DNA of 32,000 nucleotides from Gemmata obscuriglobus. Lineage in GTDB: Bacteria > Planctomycetota > Planctomycetia > Gemmatales > Gemmataceae. The notes under the pieces are model-generated. The model saw only the letters and a list, made by a program, of their open reading frames with translations, was not told where the DNA came from and searched no databases. The translations under genes were made by a program, and so were the position numbers. Shown here piece by piece: positions 16,441 to 26,068 of the stretch. The stretch is from NCBI RefSeq assembly GCF_008065095.1, contig NZ_CP042911.1, positions 8,910,001-8,942,000 of the forward strand. Reading direction: 5' to 3'. Each line of letters opens with the position of its first letter. Within the stretch, counting starts at the first letter, position 1.

Positions 16441-18507
16441 ATGTTCGCGCGCCGCCTCGCTGCTACTCTCGCTCTGCTGCTCGCCGCGGGATCGGCGAGC
16501 GCCCAACCCGGTCCGCAATTGTTGACCGTGTTCCCGCCCGGGGCAAAGGCGGGCGGCGCCGTAGAAGTGACGTTCGCGGGCGTTGGTTTCGATGGCGACG
16601 AGAAGTTGCTGTTCAGTGCGAAGGGCTTTACCGCCGAGCGCGTCGGCGTAGCGACTGCCGATCCCAAGGCGCCGAAAGGCGCACCTGCCGCGAGCGTGAA
16701 GTTCAAAGTCACCGCGCCGAGGGGATTCGCTGGGACGTGCGATGTCCGTGTGGTAAGCAAGAGCGGCCTGAGCAACCCGCGCGCGTTCGCCGTCGGCAGC
16801 GACACGGAGGTGAACGAGGTCGAACCCAACAACGACGTACCGCAGGCTCAAAAAGTCGAACTCGACACGACGATCAACGGCGTCGTGTCGGCGCCAACGG
16901 ACGTGGACTTCGTGACCTTCAAGGCGAAGGCCGGTCAGAACGTCGCGGTGTACTGCCTCACGACGAGCATCGACAGCCGGATGCAAGCCGACTTGATGGT
17001 GAGCGACTCCGAGAGCCGCCAACTCGCCTCGAACCGCAACTACAGGGGCGGCGACGCGGTACTCGACTTCAAAGCTCTGAAAGACGGCGACTACACCGTG
17101 CGCGTGTCCCAATTCGCGTACACGACCGGCGGCCCGGACCACTTCTACCGGCTCACGATCACAACCGCACCGCGGGCGTCCGCGACCTTCCCGCCAGTTG
17201 CCGAAGAAGGCGCCGGTTTGGCGTCGTGGCCCCTCGCCCCTTCGGCCGCGATGGTCGATCTGTTCGAACCGCCTTCGCGTGGTGGAACGCCACGGCTGAT
17301 GGCAGCGAACCCGATCGTAGCTGACGCCGGTACGAACCTCACTGCGGCCGAAGCACAGCTCGTCAAGGGGCCGTGTGACATCGCCGGGCGCATCGCCAAG
17401 AAAGGCGAGCGACACTGGTACAGTTTCGCCGCGAAGAAGGGCGACGTGTGGACGCTCGAAGTGTTCGCGGAGCGCATCGGCTCCCCCGTCGATGCGTACT
17501 TCATTCTCACGGACGAAAAGGGCAAGGTGATCGTCGAACAGGACGACGGTGCGGACACACTGAGCCCGAACCAGTTCTACACCAAGTCCGACGACCCCGG
17601 CCGGTACCGGTTTGCGGTACCGGCGGACGGCACTTACAAGGTGATGGTGTCCACGCGCGAGGCGGCCGTACAGTTCGGCCCGCGGGACCAGTACGTGTTG
17701 CGGATCGCAAAGGAGAAACCGGACTTCCGCCTGGCGGTAATGCCACTGACGCCACACGTCCCGGATGCCGGCACACTCACCGCGGGCAGGGCAGTCGCGC
17801 TCGTGGTGTACGCATTTCGGTTCGACGGCTTCGACGGCGCGATCGAACTCGGTGCCGAGCAACTGCCCCGAGAAGTAAAGTGCCCGAAACAGGTCATCGG
17901 CCCGGGACAAACGCGCGGCGTGCTGGTACTCACCTGCGAGAAGCCCGCAGCGGACTTCGACGGATTCGTCACGATCACCGGAACCGCAGGCAGTTTGAAG
18001 CAAACGGCGCGGCCCTTCAGTGTGACGTGGCCCGTGCAGGGACAACAGGCGAACCAGCCGCCGCCGAACAGCCCGGTACTGACCCGCATGGACCGCGGCC
18101 CCGGATTGGCCCTCGCGATCCGCGGAACAGCGCCGTTCGTTCTTACGCCAACCGAAACGGCGTTTAAGGTGAAGGGCGGCGGTAAGGTCGATGTCACGCT
18201 GAAAATCACGCGCGACACCAGCTTCAAGGAACCGGTCGCGATTTACGTTGCCACCCCGGGATTCGGGCCGCGCCCGCAGGGGAACCAACCGTTCCCGGTA
18301 GTCGGTACTGCGCAACCCAATAGTACCGATATCAAGTTGAACATCGATGTACCCGCGAACCTGCCATCGGGGACACATACGCTCGTGCTGCGCAGTCAGA
18401 GCGGAGCGCCGAACCCGAAGGGCAACAACAGTGCCCCGCGCCCGCTCCCGAACTTCGCGGTGACGCCGCTTACCGTGACAATCGAAGGTGTCCCAAAGAA
18501 GAAATAG
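16441..18507 (+). CDS. secreted protein with two PPC (pre-peptidase C-terminal) domains
   Basis: AGGAG lies 8 nt upstream of ATG 16441. The signal peptide is MFARRLAATLALLLAAGSASAQ. There are two PPC-like blocks (EPNNDVPQAQ..TDVDFVTFKAKAGQNV..GDYTVRV..FYRLTI and GERHWYSFAAKKGDVWTLEV..GTYKVMV..YVLRI). Confidence 0.8.
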   Translation: MFARRLAATLALLLAAGSASAQPGPQLLTVFPPGAKAGGAVEVTFAGVGFDGDEKLLFSAKGFTAERVGVATADPKAPKGAPAASVKFKVTAPRGFAGTCDVRVVSKSGLSNPRAFAVGSDTEVNEVEPNNDVPQAQKVELDTTINGVVSAPTDVDFVTFKAKAGQNVAVYCLTTSIDSRMQADLMVSDSESRQLASNRNYRGGDAVLDFKALKDGDYTVRVSQFAYTTGGPDHFYRLTITTAPRASATFPPVAEEGAGLASWPLAPSAAMVDLFEPPSRGGTPRLMAANPIVADAGTNLTAAEAQLVKGPCDIAGRIAKKGERHWYSFAAKKGDVWTLEVFAERIGSPVDAYFILTDEKGKVIVEQDDGADTLSPNQFYTKSDDPGRYRFAVPADGTYKVMVSTREAAVQFGPRDQYVLRIAKEKPDFRLAVMPLTPHVPDAGTLTAGRAVALVVYAFRFDGFDGAIELGAEQLPREVKCPKQVIGPGQTRGVLVLTCEKPAADFDGFVTITGTAGSLKQTARPFSVTWPVQGQQANQPPPNSPVLTRMDRGPGLALAIRGTAPFVLTPTETAFKVKGGGKVDVTLKITRDTSFKEPVAIYVATPGFGPRPQGNQPFPVVGTAQPNSTDIKLNIDVPANLPSGTHTLVLRSQSGAPNPKGNNSAPRPLPNFAVTPLTVTIEGVPKKK

Positions 18508-18584
18508 CCGTGGCCTTAACAGCGACGACGTGCGGGAAAGCCAGCAAGTGTCGGCGCTACCGCATGTCTTCGCTACGTCACGAG

Positions 18585-21032
18585 TTACTCATCTGACTTC
18601 TTGCCCCGCTTCTCGCCGGCCGACGGTGATCTCGGCGGCGCGCTCGGGCGCGACGGAGTTGCCGGGGGCGCAACAGTCGGTCGGGGCGACACGGAAGGCG
18701 ACTGAGCGGTCACGGGTCGCGATGATGGCGGCGCGGCCGGGGCTGGGGCCGGCTGTGGGCGCGGCTGAACCGGCTGTCTCGGCGTCGGCTGTGGGACCGG
18801 TGGCGCGACCGACGCTTTCGGCGTTGGTTGAACCGCCGGTGTGGGCACTGAAGCCGGAGGATTCACCCTCGGCGCGGCCGAAGGCGCCGCGGGCGAAGGA
18901 GCGAGCGGCTTCGAAGCCGGTGCCACCGGGTTCAGGCGCGGCTGCGTCGGAGCGGCAGGTATGGGCGTCGGTTGTGGGTTCGTCCGCGGCGCCGGCGAGG
19001 TCGGCGGATTCACTTTCGGCGCCGGGCTAACCGGTGTGGGTGCCGCCGGCCTCGGTTCCGTCTTCGGCTGCGGACTCGCCGGCGCGGGCGTCGGAGTCGG
19101 GTTGATCTTGGGCCGTGCGGGCATGACCGGCTCGGTTGATGGCTTCGGCTCGACACGCGGTGCCGGGTTCGTCGCGGGAGTCGGTTTCGGCTCGACCTTC
19201 GGCACCACCGGTTGCGGACGGGTTACGGGGTTCGTCGGCTGGCCCGGATCGACCTTCGGTTGCGGCCGTCCCGTGGAAGCCGCCGGTTGCTTCGGCTCAA
19301 CCTTCGGTTGCGGAGGCGTCGCCGGATTTATAACGGGGTTAGGGCCAACCGGGGGCCGCGGTTGCGGGTTCATCGCCGGGTTCACCGGCCCGCCACCAGC
19401 GGCCGGTTTCGGATCGATCCGCGTCCCCGCGCCGGGGGTACCGCTGCCGTTCGCGCGGAGCGGGTTGGGGGGCGGCGCCTTGTCATCGCTCGCCACCCGC
19501 GCCCGGGCGACCGCGGCTTTCGGCACGTCGAGCTTGATCGACTGCGGCCGCGCAACCGGTGGCGCGGCCCCAACGGCCCCGGGTGTAACCACCGGTTGGG
19601 GCTTCGACGCGACGGCCGTTTCGAGCTTCGTGCGCTGCGCGGCCACATCACGGAACTGCCGCGCCGCGGTCGCCTCCTCGCGGCGCTGCTCGGCCGCCAC
19701 CGCCTGGAACTTCGTTCGCTGGAGGTCGGGCGCGACCTTCAGCGGCGCGACCATAGCCACGTTCGCGACGTTCTGGTTCCCGACCGTCGGCGCCCCGTTC
19801 ACCACCGTGATGTTGTTCGTCACGTTGTTGATGTTCGTCTGCGTGATCTTGTTGATCACCGTGTTCTGCTGGACCAGCGTGGTCGGCGGGCGCACCACGT
19901 CACCGCGGTAGCGGCCCGCGTAAATGTCGGCCACGCCGGCGTTCCACCGCGGGCTGTGGCGGTGCTGAACCGAGTAGTAGCTCCACAGCGGGTCGTAACC
20001 CCAACTCCGGCCCACGCCGAACCCGATGCTGAACCCGCCGCGCGGGGTAGCAACCCCGCACCACGCCGAGTACCCGCGGTCAACGTACCGCCCGTCGAAG
20101 TAGTCGCCGAAGTAGTAGTTCGTGTACCCGCGACGCACGAACAGCGCGCCGGTCATACACGGCTCACTCACGACGTACATGGGCGTGTACACGAACGCCG
20201 GCCGCGCGTACACCGGCCGGGTGAACACGACCGGGGCGAACAGCACGCCGCGGGTCGCCAGCGGGTAATCCCAGTAGCCGTCCACGAACACGTAGCCGGC
20301 CGGGCTCCAGTGATAACGGGCCGGCACCCATAGCCAGTCGCGCCGGTGCTCGACCCACACGCCCGGGCGCCAGACGTAACGGTTGCGCCACACCCACGAC
20401 CCCGGCACGTAAACGCTGGTGGCGCTCGGCGCGACAACGGTCGGCCCGATTTCGAGCGACTGCGGCGGTTGCGGCAGGTATTCGATTTCCGGCTGTGCTT
20501 GTGGTTGCGCGGGCTGCTGCGGCTGCGCGGGCGCCACCTCCTGCCAGAACCCGGGAACGTACTGCCAACCGCCCTTGGCCTCGCGCCACGATCCGGGCAC
20601 CCAGACGCGCCCCGGCGGGGGCTGGCGCCAGAACCCGCTGACCCAGATGAACTGGCCGTTCTCCTCGTCCCAGTTCCAGTACCCCGGAATCCACTGGACG
20701 TTGTCGCCCTCGGGCTTCTGGTCCGGCGGCAGCTCCTCAATCGGTTCCGGCGGCTGCTTTGCCACAACCGGCGCCGCCGTCGGGGCTTCGGCCGTTGATG
20801 CGAACGCTTCGTGAACCGGCCCCTTGGCGAGCACTTCCATCCCGTCGCCCTGGCCGGCTTGCGCGGGTTGCCCCGGAGCCGGGAGCGGTAACGGGACGGG
20901 ATCGGGTTGCGGTGTGCCGGGCGGGCGCAGCGGGATCGGCTCCTGAGCCGGAACGGTATTGATGACGGCCAGCGCCACCATAAGCGAGCCGAACACGCCG
21001 AGGGGCAGCACCTTCAGCACTCGTTCGGTCAT
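18585..21032 (-). CDS. YXWGXW-repeat protein with very long Pro-rich low-complexity C-terminal tail
   Basis: The signal peptide starts at ATG 21032. The Trp-rich repeats are WIPGYWNWDEENGQFIWVSGFWRQPPPGRVWVPGSWRE and YVPGSWVWRNRYVWRPGVWVEH...VDGYWDYP. The last ~300 aa are P/A/V/K/T-rich. Confidence 0.75.
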   Translation of the reverse strand: MTERVLKVLPLGVFGSLMVALAVINTVPAQEPIPLRPPGTPQPDPVPLPLPAPGQPAQAGQGDGMEVLAKGPVHEAFASTAEAPTAAPVVAKQPPEPIEELPPDQKPEGDNVQWIPGYWNWDEENGQFIWVSGFWRQPPPGRVWVPGSWREAKGGWQYVPGFWQEVAPAQPQQPAQPQAQPEIEYLPQPPQSLEIGPTVVAPSATSVYVPGSWVWRNRYVWRPGVWVEHRRDWLWVPARYHWSPAGYVFVDGYWDYPLATRGVLFAPVVFTRPVYARPAFVYTPMYVVSEPCMTGALFVRRGYTNYYFGDYFDGRYVDRGYSAWCGVATPRGGFSIGFGVGRSWGYDPLWSYYSVQHRHSPRWNAGVADIYAGRYRGDVVRPPTTLVQQNTVINKITQTNINNVTNNITVVNGAPTVGNQNVANVAMVAPLKVAPDLQRTKFQAVAAEQRREEATAARQFRDVAAQRTKLETAVASKPQPVVTPGAVGAAPPVARPQSIKLDVPKAAVARARVASDDKAPPPNPLRANGSGTPGAGTRIDPKPAAGGGPVNPAMNPQPRPPVGPNPVINPATPPQPKVEPKQPAASTGRPQPKVDPGQPTNPVTRPQPVVPKVEPKPTPATNPAPRVEPKPSTEPVMPARPKINPTPTPAPASPQPKTEPRPAAPTPVSPAPKVNPPTSPAPRTNPQPTPIPAAPTQPRLNPVAPASKPLAPSPAAPSAAPRVNPPASVPTPAVQPTPKASVAPPVPQPTPRQPVQPRPQPAPAPAAPPSSRPVTAQSPSVSPRPTVAPPATPSRPSAPPRSPSAGEKRGKKSDE

Positions 21033-21189
21033 TGGGAGATACCTCAAGAAGCAGCGGTGCGAATCGCGTGGGCGTATGACAAACGCGGCAAGGGAGTGAA
21101 CTTGCGCGTGCCGCGAGCCTCAACCGGTATTCGTGCAAACAGAATACCAATTTATGAGAGAGGTGTAACGCGAAGGAGACTCAGGAAAC

Positions 21190-22765
21190 GTAAGCGTTCA
21201 TGGGGGTGCGCCACCCGCTTTTGCCCGTCATTTTAGCCCGTTTGGATACGCGGTTGCCACAAGCGGGCATGTTCCGTAATCGAGCAGACGTCATGACGCC
21301 TGTTCCTCAACCGCCGGAACTGCCCGATAACTTACCACCGGCGGTGGTGGCGTATATTCGCGCCTTGGAGGCCACGATCACTGCTCTGGTGGCCGAGGTC
21401 GCCGAACTCAAGGCCCGACTCAACCAGAGCTCCACCAACTCGTCGAAGCCGCCCTCGTCCGATCCTCCGCAGGTGAAACTGGCCCCGCCCAAGGCCCCTT
21501 CGGGGAAGCGTCGGGGCGGGCAACCGGGGCATCCCAAAGCCGAGCGCACGCTCCTGCCACCCGATGAGATCCGGACCCTCAAGCCGTCCGTGTGCCGGGA
21601 CTGCTCGCGGTCGCTGGCCGGGGACGATCCGGCTCCGGCCATTCATCAGGTCCACGAGTTGCCCGTTATCAAACCCCACGTGACCGAGTATCGGTGCCAC
21701 CGGCTCCGGTGCCCCCACTGCGGCACGACCACGGTGCCCGCGGTGCCGTCGGAGGCGCGCACCGGATACGGCCCCCGGGCGCAGGCGGTGGCCGCGCTTC
21801 TCACCGGCTCGTGCCGTCTGGGCAAGCGGGGCACGAGCCAACTGTTCGACGATCTGTTCGGCCTGCCCCTGAGCCCGGCCATGGTGTGCAAGCTCCAGCA
21901 CCGAACCGCCGAGGCGCTGAAGCCGGTGGCCGAACAGGCCCTGGTGTACACCCGCGGGCACCCGGCCAACGTGGACGAGACCGGTTGGAAGCAGGGGCGT
22001 CAGCGGGCCTGGCTGTGGGCCGCCGTGACCACGTTCGTGGTGGCGTTCCTGATCCGCCGGACCCGGGGCCGGGCCGCCTTTGATGACCTGCGTGCCGGGT
22101 CCACGGCCGTGCATACGACGGACCGGTATCCGGTGTACACGCACCTCGACAAGTACAAGCGTCAACTCTGCTGGGCGCACCTGCGACGCGATTTCCAGGC
22201 GATGATCGACCGGGGCGGTTCCGGACAGGCGATCGGCGCGGCTCTGTTGGCGTGTTCGGACGCCCTGTTCGAGAACTGGTATCGGGTCCGGGACGGAACC
22301 CTCGCGCGGTCCACATGTCGCTCGACCTACATCCCCGCGTTGCGTCGTCAGGTCGGCACGCACCTGCGGAACGGGGCGGCGTGCGGCTGCGCCAAGACCG
22401 CCACGACCTGCGCGGAACTGTTGTCGGTCGAGGCGTCGTTGTGGACGTTCGCGCGTGTCGTCGGCGTGGAACCGACCAACAACGCGGCCGAGCGTGAGGT
22501 GCGTCACGCCGTGTGCTGGCGCAAAACCAGCTTCGGGACCGACAGCGAACGCGGGAGCCGGTTCGTGGAACGAATCCTCACGGTGATCGCCTCGTGCCGC
22601 CGCCAGAAGCGCAACGTCTTGGCGTTCCTCATCGACGCCGTCACCGCACACCGGACCGGCGCGAAGGCACCGACGCTCGTTCCAGCTGAAGCTCAACAAC
22701 AGAACGTTGTGAATCCGCTACTCGCCAACTGTTGATACACTGCCGCATCACCCGTGAACGCTTAC
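21190..22765 (+). mobile_element. IS66-family insertion sequence (single-ORF type), 1576 bp, with 8-bp target-site duplication CAGGAAAC
   Basis: The terminal inverted repeats are GTAAGCGTTCA (21190-21200) and TGAACGCTTAC (22755-22765). They are perfect over 11 nt and match at about 21 of 25 positions with one gap. The flanks 21182-21189 and 22766-22773 are both caggaaac. Confidence 0.9.
21200..22735 (+). CDS. IS66-family transposase
   Basis: The N-terminal coiled coil (ALEATITALVAEVAELKARL) is followed by NSSKPPSSDPP...GKRRGGQPGHPK, a CxxC..CPHCG zinc-finger region, and the DETGW / HLRRDF catalytic-region motifs typical of IS66 TnpC. Alternative starts are at 21269 and 21293. Confidence 0.9.
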   Translation: MGVRHPLLPVILARLDTRLPQAGMFRNRADVMTPVPQPPELPDNLPPAVVAYIRALEATITALVAEVAELKARLNQSSTNSSKPPSSDPPQVKLAPPKAPSGKRRGGQPGHPKAERTLLPPDEIRTLKPSVCRDCSRSLAGDDPAPAIHQVHELPVIKPHVTEYRCHRLRCPHCGTTTVPAVPSEARTGYGPRAQAVAALLTGSCRLGKRGTSQLFDDLFGLPLSPAMVCKLQHRTAEALKPVAEQALVYTRGHPANVDETGWKQGRQRAWLWAAVTTFVVAFLIRRTRGRAAFDDLRAGSTAVHTTDRYPVYTHLDKYKRQLCWAHLRRDFQAMIDRGGSGQAIGAALLACSDALFENWYRVRDGTLARSTCRSTYIPALRRQVGTHLRNGAACGCAKTATTCAELLSVEASLWTFARVVGVEPTNNAAEREVRHAVCWRKTSFGTDSERGSRFVERILTVIASCRRQKRNVLAFLIDAVTAHRTGAKAPTLVPAEAQQQNVVNPLLANC

Positions 22766-22783
22766 CAGGAAACAAGTGAGATT

Positions 22784-22879
22784 GGTACGTTTCAAGTCCG
22801 GAAGGCGCACGTCGTGGCGGAAGACCTGACAATTTAGGTCTTCCGCCACGACGTGCGCCTTCCGGACTTGAAACGTACC
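22784..22879. repeat. perfect 44-bp inverted repeat with 8-nt loop (hairpin/terminator of the BBP7 gene)
   Basis: ggtacgtttcaagtccggaaggcgcacgtcgtggcggaagacct (22784-22827) is the exact reverse complement of 22836-22879. It begins 7 nt after the stop of the minus-strand gene ending at 22886 and lies 18 nt from the right end of the IS. Confidence 0.8.
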
Positions 22880-22885
22880 GAAAAA

Positions 22886-24793
22886 CTACCATCGCAGTTC
22901 CATCCCGAACTGGAGGCCGTTGATCGCGAGGTCGGACTGTTTGAACAGCGGACGCGGCCGGTACTGGCCCGAGAACCCCGCCGGCAGGCCGTTCGGCACG
23001 AACGTGAGGTCTACAACGTGGTCGATCTGGTCCCCGGGTCGAATCACGTTCGACCAGTAGAGGAAGTTGTACCCGCCGAACACACGAAAGTTCGGCGTTA
23101 CCCAGTACCCAATATTGAGCGTGAACTCTGGCGCCACACTGAACTTATCGCGTTCAAACCGGCCCAGGTTCGGTCCGGCGGCAAGCAGACCGCCGTTGTT
23201 GAACACCACCGGGGCGCCGCCCGGTTGCTGGCGCACCTGAGACCCGCTGATTTCCAGCTCTTGATGGGTCGCACCGAGCGCCACCGAGGCGCGTGCGTCC
23301 AGGTCCCACCGGCCCCAGCGCCGCTCATACGCCATCCCGACCTGACCGCCGTGGAACTGGTTCCGCGTGGCGAACCGGTCCTGAACCACGATCTGCGTTC
23401 CGATCGGGTCCGGGATCAGAAGCCGCGTCCCACCGGAGCCGATTACGGTGATGTTCTCGCGAATGGTCAAGCTCTCGCGCAGGTTCAGGTGCCGGTAACC
23501 CGCGAACACCTCCGACCGCGCCGCACAACCTTTAATCCAGCACCAGCGGGCGTTAACGTCCGCCCCCCAGAGCCGGCTGTCGGCCTCGACCGTCAGCGCC
23601 CCGCGCAGGATGTCGGGCACCGCGACGGCCTCGCCGTTCTCGCCGAGGGGCTGGTTCGTCCCCGGAATTAGGTTCGGAGCGTAAATCGGTCGCGTGATGA
23701 GTGGGAACCGATCCGGACTAATGGTCGTGCTACCCGACCGGTTACCCAGAAAGAAGAACCCGGCGTCGATCCCGCACGACTGCGCGTCGTCGAGCCAGGC
23801 TCCGGCCCGGAACCGGAACCCGCTCCGGGTGCTGTCAAGAAACGCCCCCGGACCAACAAGCGCCGTGGTTCCGGGCTCACCAAGGTAGCCGTTCAGCGCG
23901 GTGTTGGCGTTGGTGGTCGCGAGCACCGGCGTGGCGAACCCCGGAAGCCACCATTGGAGGTACTCGGCGCGTGCGAAGAACCGGTTTGACAGTCCGGCGT
24001 CCAGTTCGTCCGCAACACTCAGATCGCGCGAGTTCCCGACCACCTCGCGCAGCGGCGGGTAGTCCCGCGACAGGCGCACCGGCGGCGAGCCGAACGTCCC
24101 GCGGCCCTGCTTCGGAGTATCAAACGCGCCAGCCGGGTACATGAGTTCTGCCGGCGCGGGCTCCAACTCGGGCTGCGGTTGCGTCTGCGGCACCGAACGC
24201 GGAGTCGGCAGCGGGTTCACGCCCTTCCAGTCCGGAAACAGGCCCGGCTGTTGCGGCGGGTTCATCATCGGCGGTTCGGCCGACTTCGGGCGCACGGGGT
24301 CGTCGGACTTCGGACGCACCGGCTCCGGTTGCGGCTCAAAAGCCTCGCGCGGCGGTTCCGTGACCACAGCCAGATCCGGGCGTGCGGCCGGCGGTTCTGA
24401 TACGCCAGGCGCGACTCCCGGATTGGGAAGTTCCGGAATCGCCGGGAGCGGCCCGAGGGACTCCCCGCGCGGCCCGGCAGACTCGGAAGGTGGCGGTACG
24501 GGTTGCGAAAGCGGAACCGGTCCCGGAGGCGCGGCCCGAAAGGTCGGCTGCGGCTCTTTCGCCGCGGTTTGCACGACACCAGGCGTTGAGCCCCGCACCG
24601 GGAGCCAAATGACCCCCGAGTCCGTTGCAGGCGGTGTGCGCAGCGCGGCCGGAAGCAACCCCGGTTCGCCCGCCCGAGGGGCAGACGGCGCGGGAGGAGC
24701 GCCGACGGGGCGCCAATCACCGTCGGCCGAGAGTGCCGACCCGGCGGTCAGTGCGAGTCCCAGCCCGATCGCTTTAACCCGGAAGCGCTTCAT
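22886..24793 (-). CDS. BBP7-family outer-membrane beta-barrel protein with Pro-rich N-terminal region
   Basis: The signal peptide is MKRFRVKAIGLGLALTAGSALSA. The barrel region begins at RFFARAEYLQWWL and has alternating-pattern strands. The C-terminus is GLQFGMELRW, an aromatic end typical of outer-membrane proteins. Confidence 0.8.
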   Translation of the reverse strand: MKRFRVKAIGLGLALTAGSALSADGDWRPVGAPPAPSAPRAGEPGLLPAALRTPPATDSGVIWLPVRGSTPGVVQTAAKEPQPTFRAAPPGPVPLSQPVPPPSESAGPRGESLGPLPAIPELPNPGVAPGVSEPPAARPDLAVVTEPPREAFEPQPEPVRPKSDDPVRPKSAEPPMMNPPQQPGLFPDWKGVNPLPTPRSVPQTQPQPELEPAPAELMYPAGAFDTPKQGRGTFGSPPVRLSRDYPPLREVVGNSRDLSVADELDAGLSNRFFARAEYLQWWLPGFATPVLATTNANTALNGYLGEPGTTALVGPGAFLDSTRSGFRFRAGAWLDDAQSCGIDAGFFFLGNRSGSTTISPDRFPLITRPIYAPNLIPGTNQPLGENGEAVAVPDILRGALTVEADSRLWGADVNARWCWIKGCAARSEVFAGYRHLNLRESLTIRENITVIGSGGTRLLIPDPIGTQIVVQDRFATRNQFHGGQVGMAYERRWGRWDLDARASVALGATHQELEISGSQVRQQPGGAPVVFNNGGLLAAGPNLGRFERDKFSVAPEFTLNIGYWVTPNFRVFGGYNFLYWSNVIRPGDQIDHVVDLTFVPNGLPAGFSGQYRPRPLFKQSDLAINGLQFGMELRW

Positions 24794-25013
24794 GCCCGCC
24801 GCCCTCGATCACGGTTCACCCCCTTGATTCGGCTCGCGGGACGTGCAACCCACAAACTTTCTCGGATCGTCGCGCACAGATTTTCCGGCACCTCTTCGCC
24901 AATCTCACAGGCTTGCCTCGATCGCCACTCGGCCCGGCCCCGAGATCGGGTTGACACTAACCGGGCAATTTGGAATGTGCCGATTTGTAAGTCGGCGGAG
25001 GAGGGCCGAAACC

Positions 25014-25352
25014 ATGACGACGGCGCGAACACGAGCGAAATACGGGGACCGGCGCATGTGGGGCGCGCTGGCTGTACTTCTCGCCGGGAGCGCACCGGCT
25101 CAGGCCTTCTACTGGTACGACTGGCCCGGGAGCCGCGTGCCGCGTGAGCCGACGCTCTTAAACCCGACATCGCTGCTAACGCCGGACACGCCGCGCGAGC
25201 CCACCATCCCCAACCCGCCGAGCGGCCCGCCGGTCCCGGTCGACAAACCGCCGATCGGTCCGCCGGAGCACACCCCCGAACCGTCAACGGGTCTGATCGG
25301 CCTGATCGGTCTGGGTGCGGTCGCGGCGCGCAAGTGGTGGAAGAAGCGCTAA
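25014..25352 (+). CDS. small PEP-CTERM sorting-domain protein
   Basis: GGAGGAGGG lies about 8 nt upstream of ATG 25014. A signal peptide (WGALAVLLAGSAPAQA) and a Pro-rich middle are followed by the C-terminus PEPSTGLIGLIGLGAVAARKWWKKR (PEP motif, TM helix and basic tail). Confidence 0.8.
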   Translation: MTTARTRAKYGDRRMWGALAVLLAGSAPAQAFYWYDWPGSRVPREPTLLNPTSLLTPDTPREPTIPNPPSGPPVPVDKPPIGPPEHTPEPSTGLIGLIGLGAVAARKWWKKR

Positions 25353-25929
25353 ATCTGGAGCGGGATAACGCCCTACCGTTTGTTGGGGCCGTCGGTCGGA
25401 TGTTCCGCTTATCGGGCATTGTTCCACCGCCTTTCTCAGATGCTGCACTTCTCGAAGTCCGAGGCACGCCCTTTAGGGCGGCCGGGACTGCGGCTCTCGT
25501 CCGGGAGGTGCAGTCACGCGCGCGCATCAAAATCGTCGCAAAATATCTCGCATCAGCATGTTGCGTCGCTCTAAAGAGCACAACCGGGGCGCCACTCCGC
25601 TCGTCCGGCCATCGTATCCGGGGGGTTGAAGCGGTGGATTCGTGGGTAGCGACCGGGTAGTCCGCGGCCGGTTTGCCGCCAGTGAATGTCTCGTCGGCAC
25701 CCCAGCGCGACACCCAGGTGTGAGGCAGGAGCCCCGTTGCGTTGCCGGTTCAGCAAGAAGCGGTTAGCCGTTCGGGTAATTCTCGGACGCGGTCCGCAGG
25801 TAGAGCCGGCGATCGGTGGGGACATCTGGTGCATCAACCGGCTGATGGCAGCGGACGTGCTGCGGCACCGGGCCGCCGCCGGACGCGATTTGATTGCAAC
25901 TGCCGAATTGGGGTGGGTGGTGTCGAAAC

Positions 25930-26019
25930 GGCACCGCGGGCGCGGTCACAGCAGAAGGCACGGGGAAGGTGGTTTGAACTCACCTCGCTCCCGCCTTCTG
26001 CGACCACGCCCGCGGTGCC
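25930..26019. other. 90-nt imperfect rod hairpin in a long non-coding gap (candidate structured RNA or palindromic element)
   Basis: The outer 13-bp stem is perfect (25930-25942 / 26007-26019). An inner 8-bp stem pairs GCAGAAGG with CCTTCTGC, followed by CGGG/CCCG. The apical stem pairs AGGTGG with TCACCT around the loop TTTGAAC. All of this was read directly from the sequence. Confidence 0.5.
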
Positions 26020-26038
26020 CTTTGCGCAGTTTTGAAGC

Positions 26039-26068
26039 CGACCGGCTTTGAGAATCGGTCGCGTTTTT
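26039..26068 (+). terminator. intrinsic-terminator-like hairpin followed by T5
   Basis: CGACCG (26039-26044) pairs with CGGTCG (26056-26061) around an 11-nt loop, and is followed by CG then TTTTT (26064-26068). The stem is short, so confidence is modest. Confidence 0.4.

Noticed and set aside
25700-25870. Faint resemblance to a cobalamin riboswitch core (GGUAAUUCUCGGACGCGGUCCGC)
   Set aside because: There is no recognisable B12 box or GCCACUG element, and no downstream plus-strand gene to regulate. The resemblance is probably chance in GC-rich sequence.
25930-26019. Possible tRNA-Sec (selC). On the plus strand the apical loop TTTGAAC resembles a T-loop. On the minus strand it reads GUUCAAA, with a UCA anticodon-like triplet.
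   Set aside because: The 5' and 3' halves pair with each other along the whole length, giving a rod rather than a cloverleaf. There are no separate D or T arms, and no acceptor stem complementary to the sequence after the putative T-arm. The T-loop-like sequence also has U where the conserved C56 should be.
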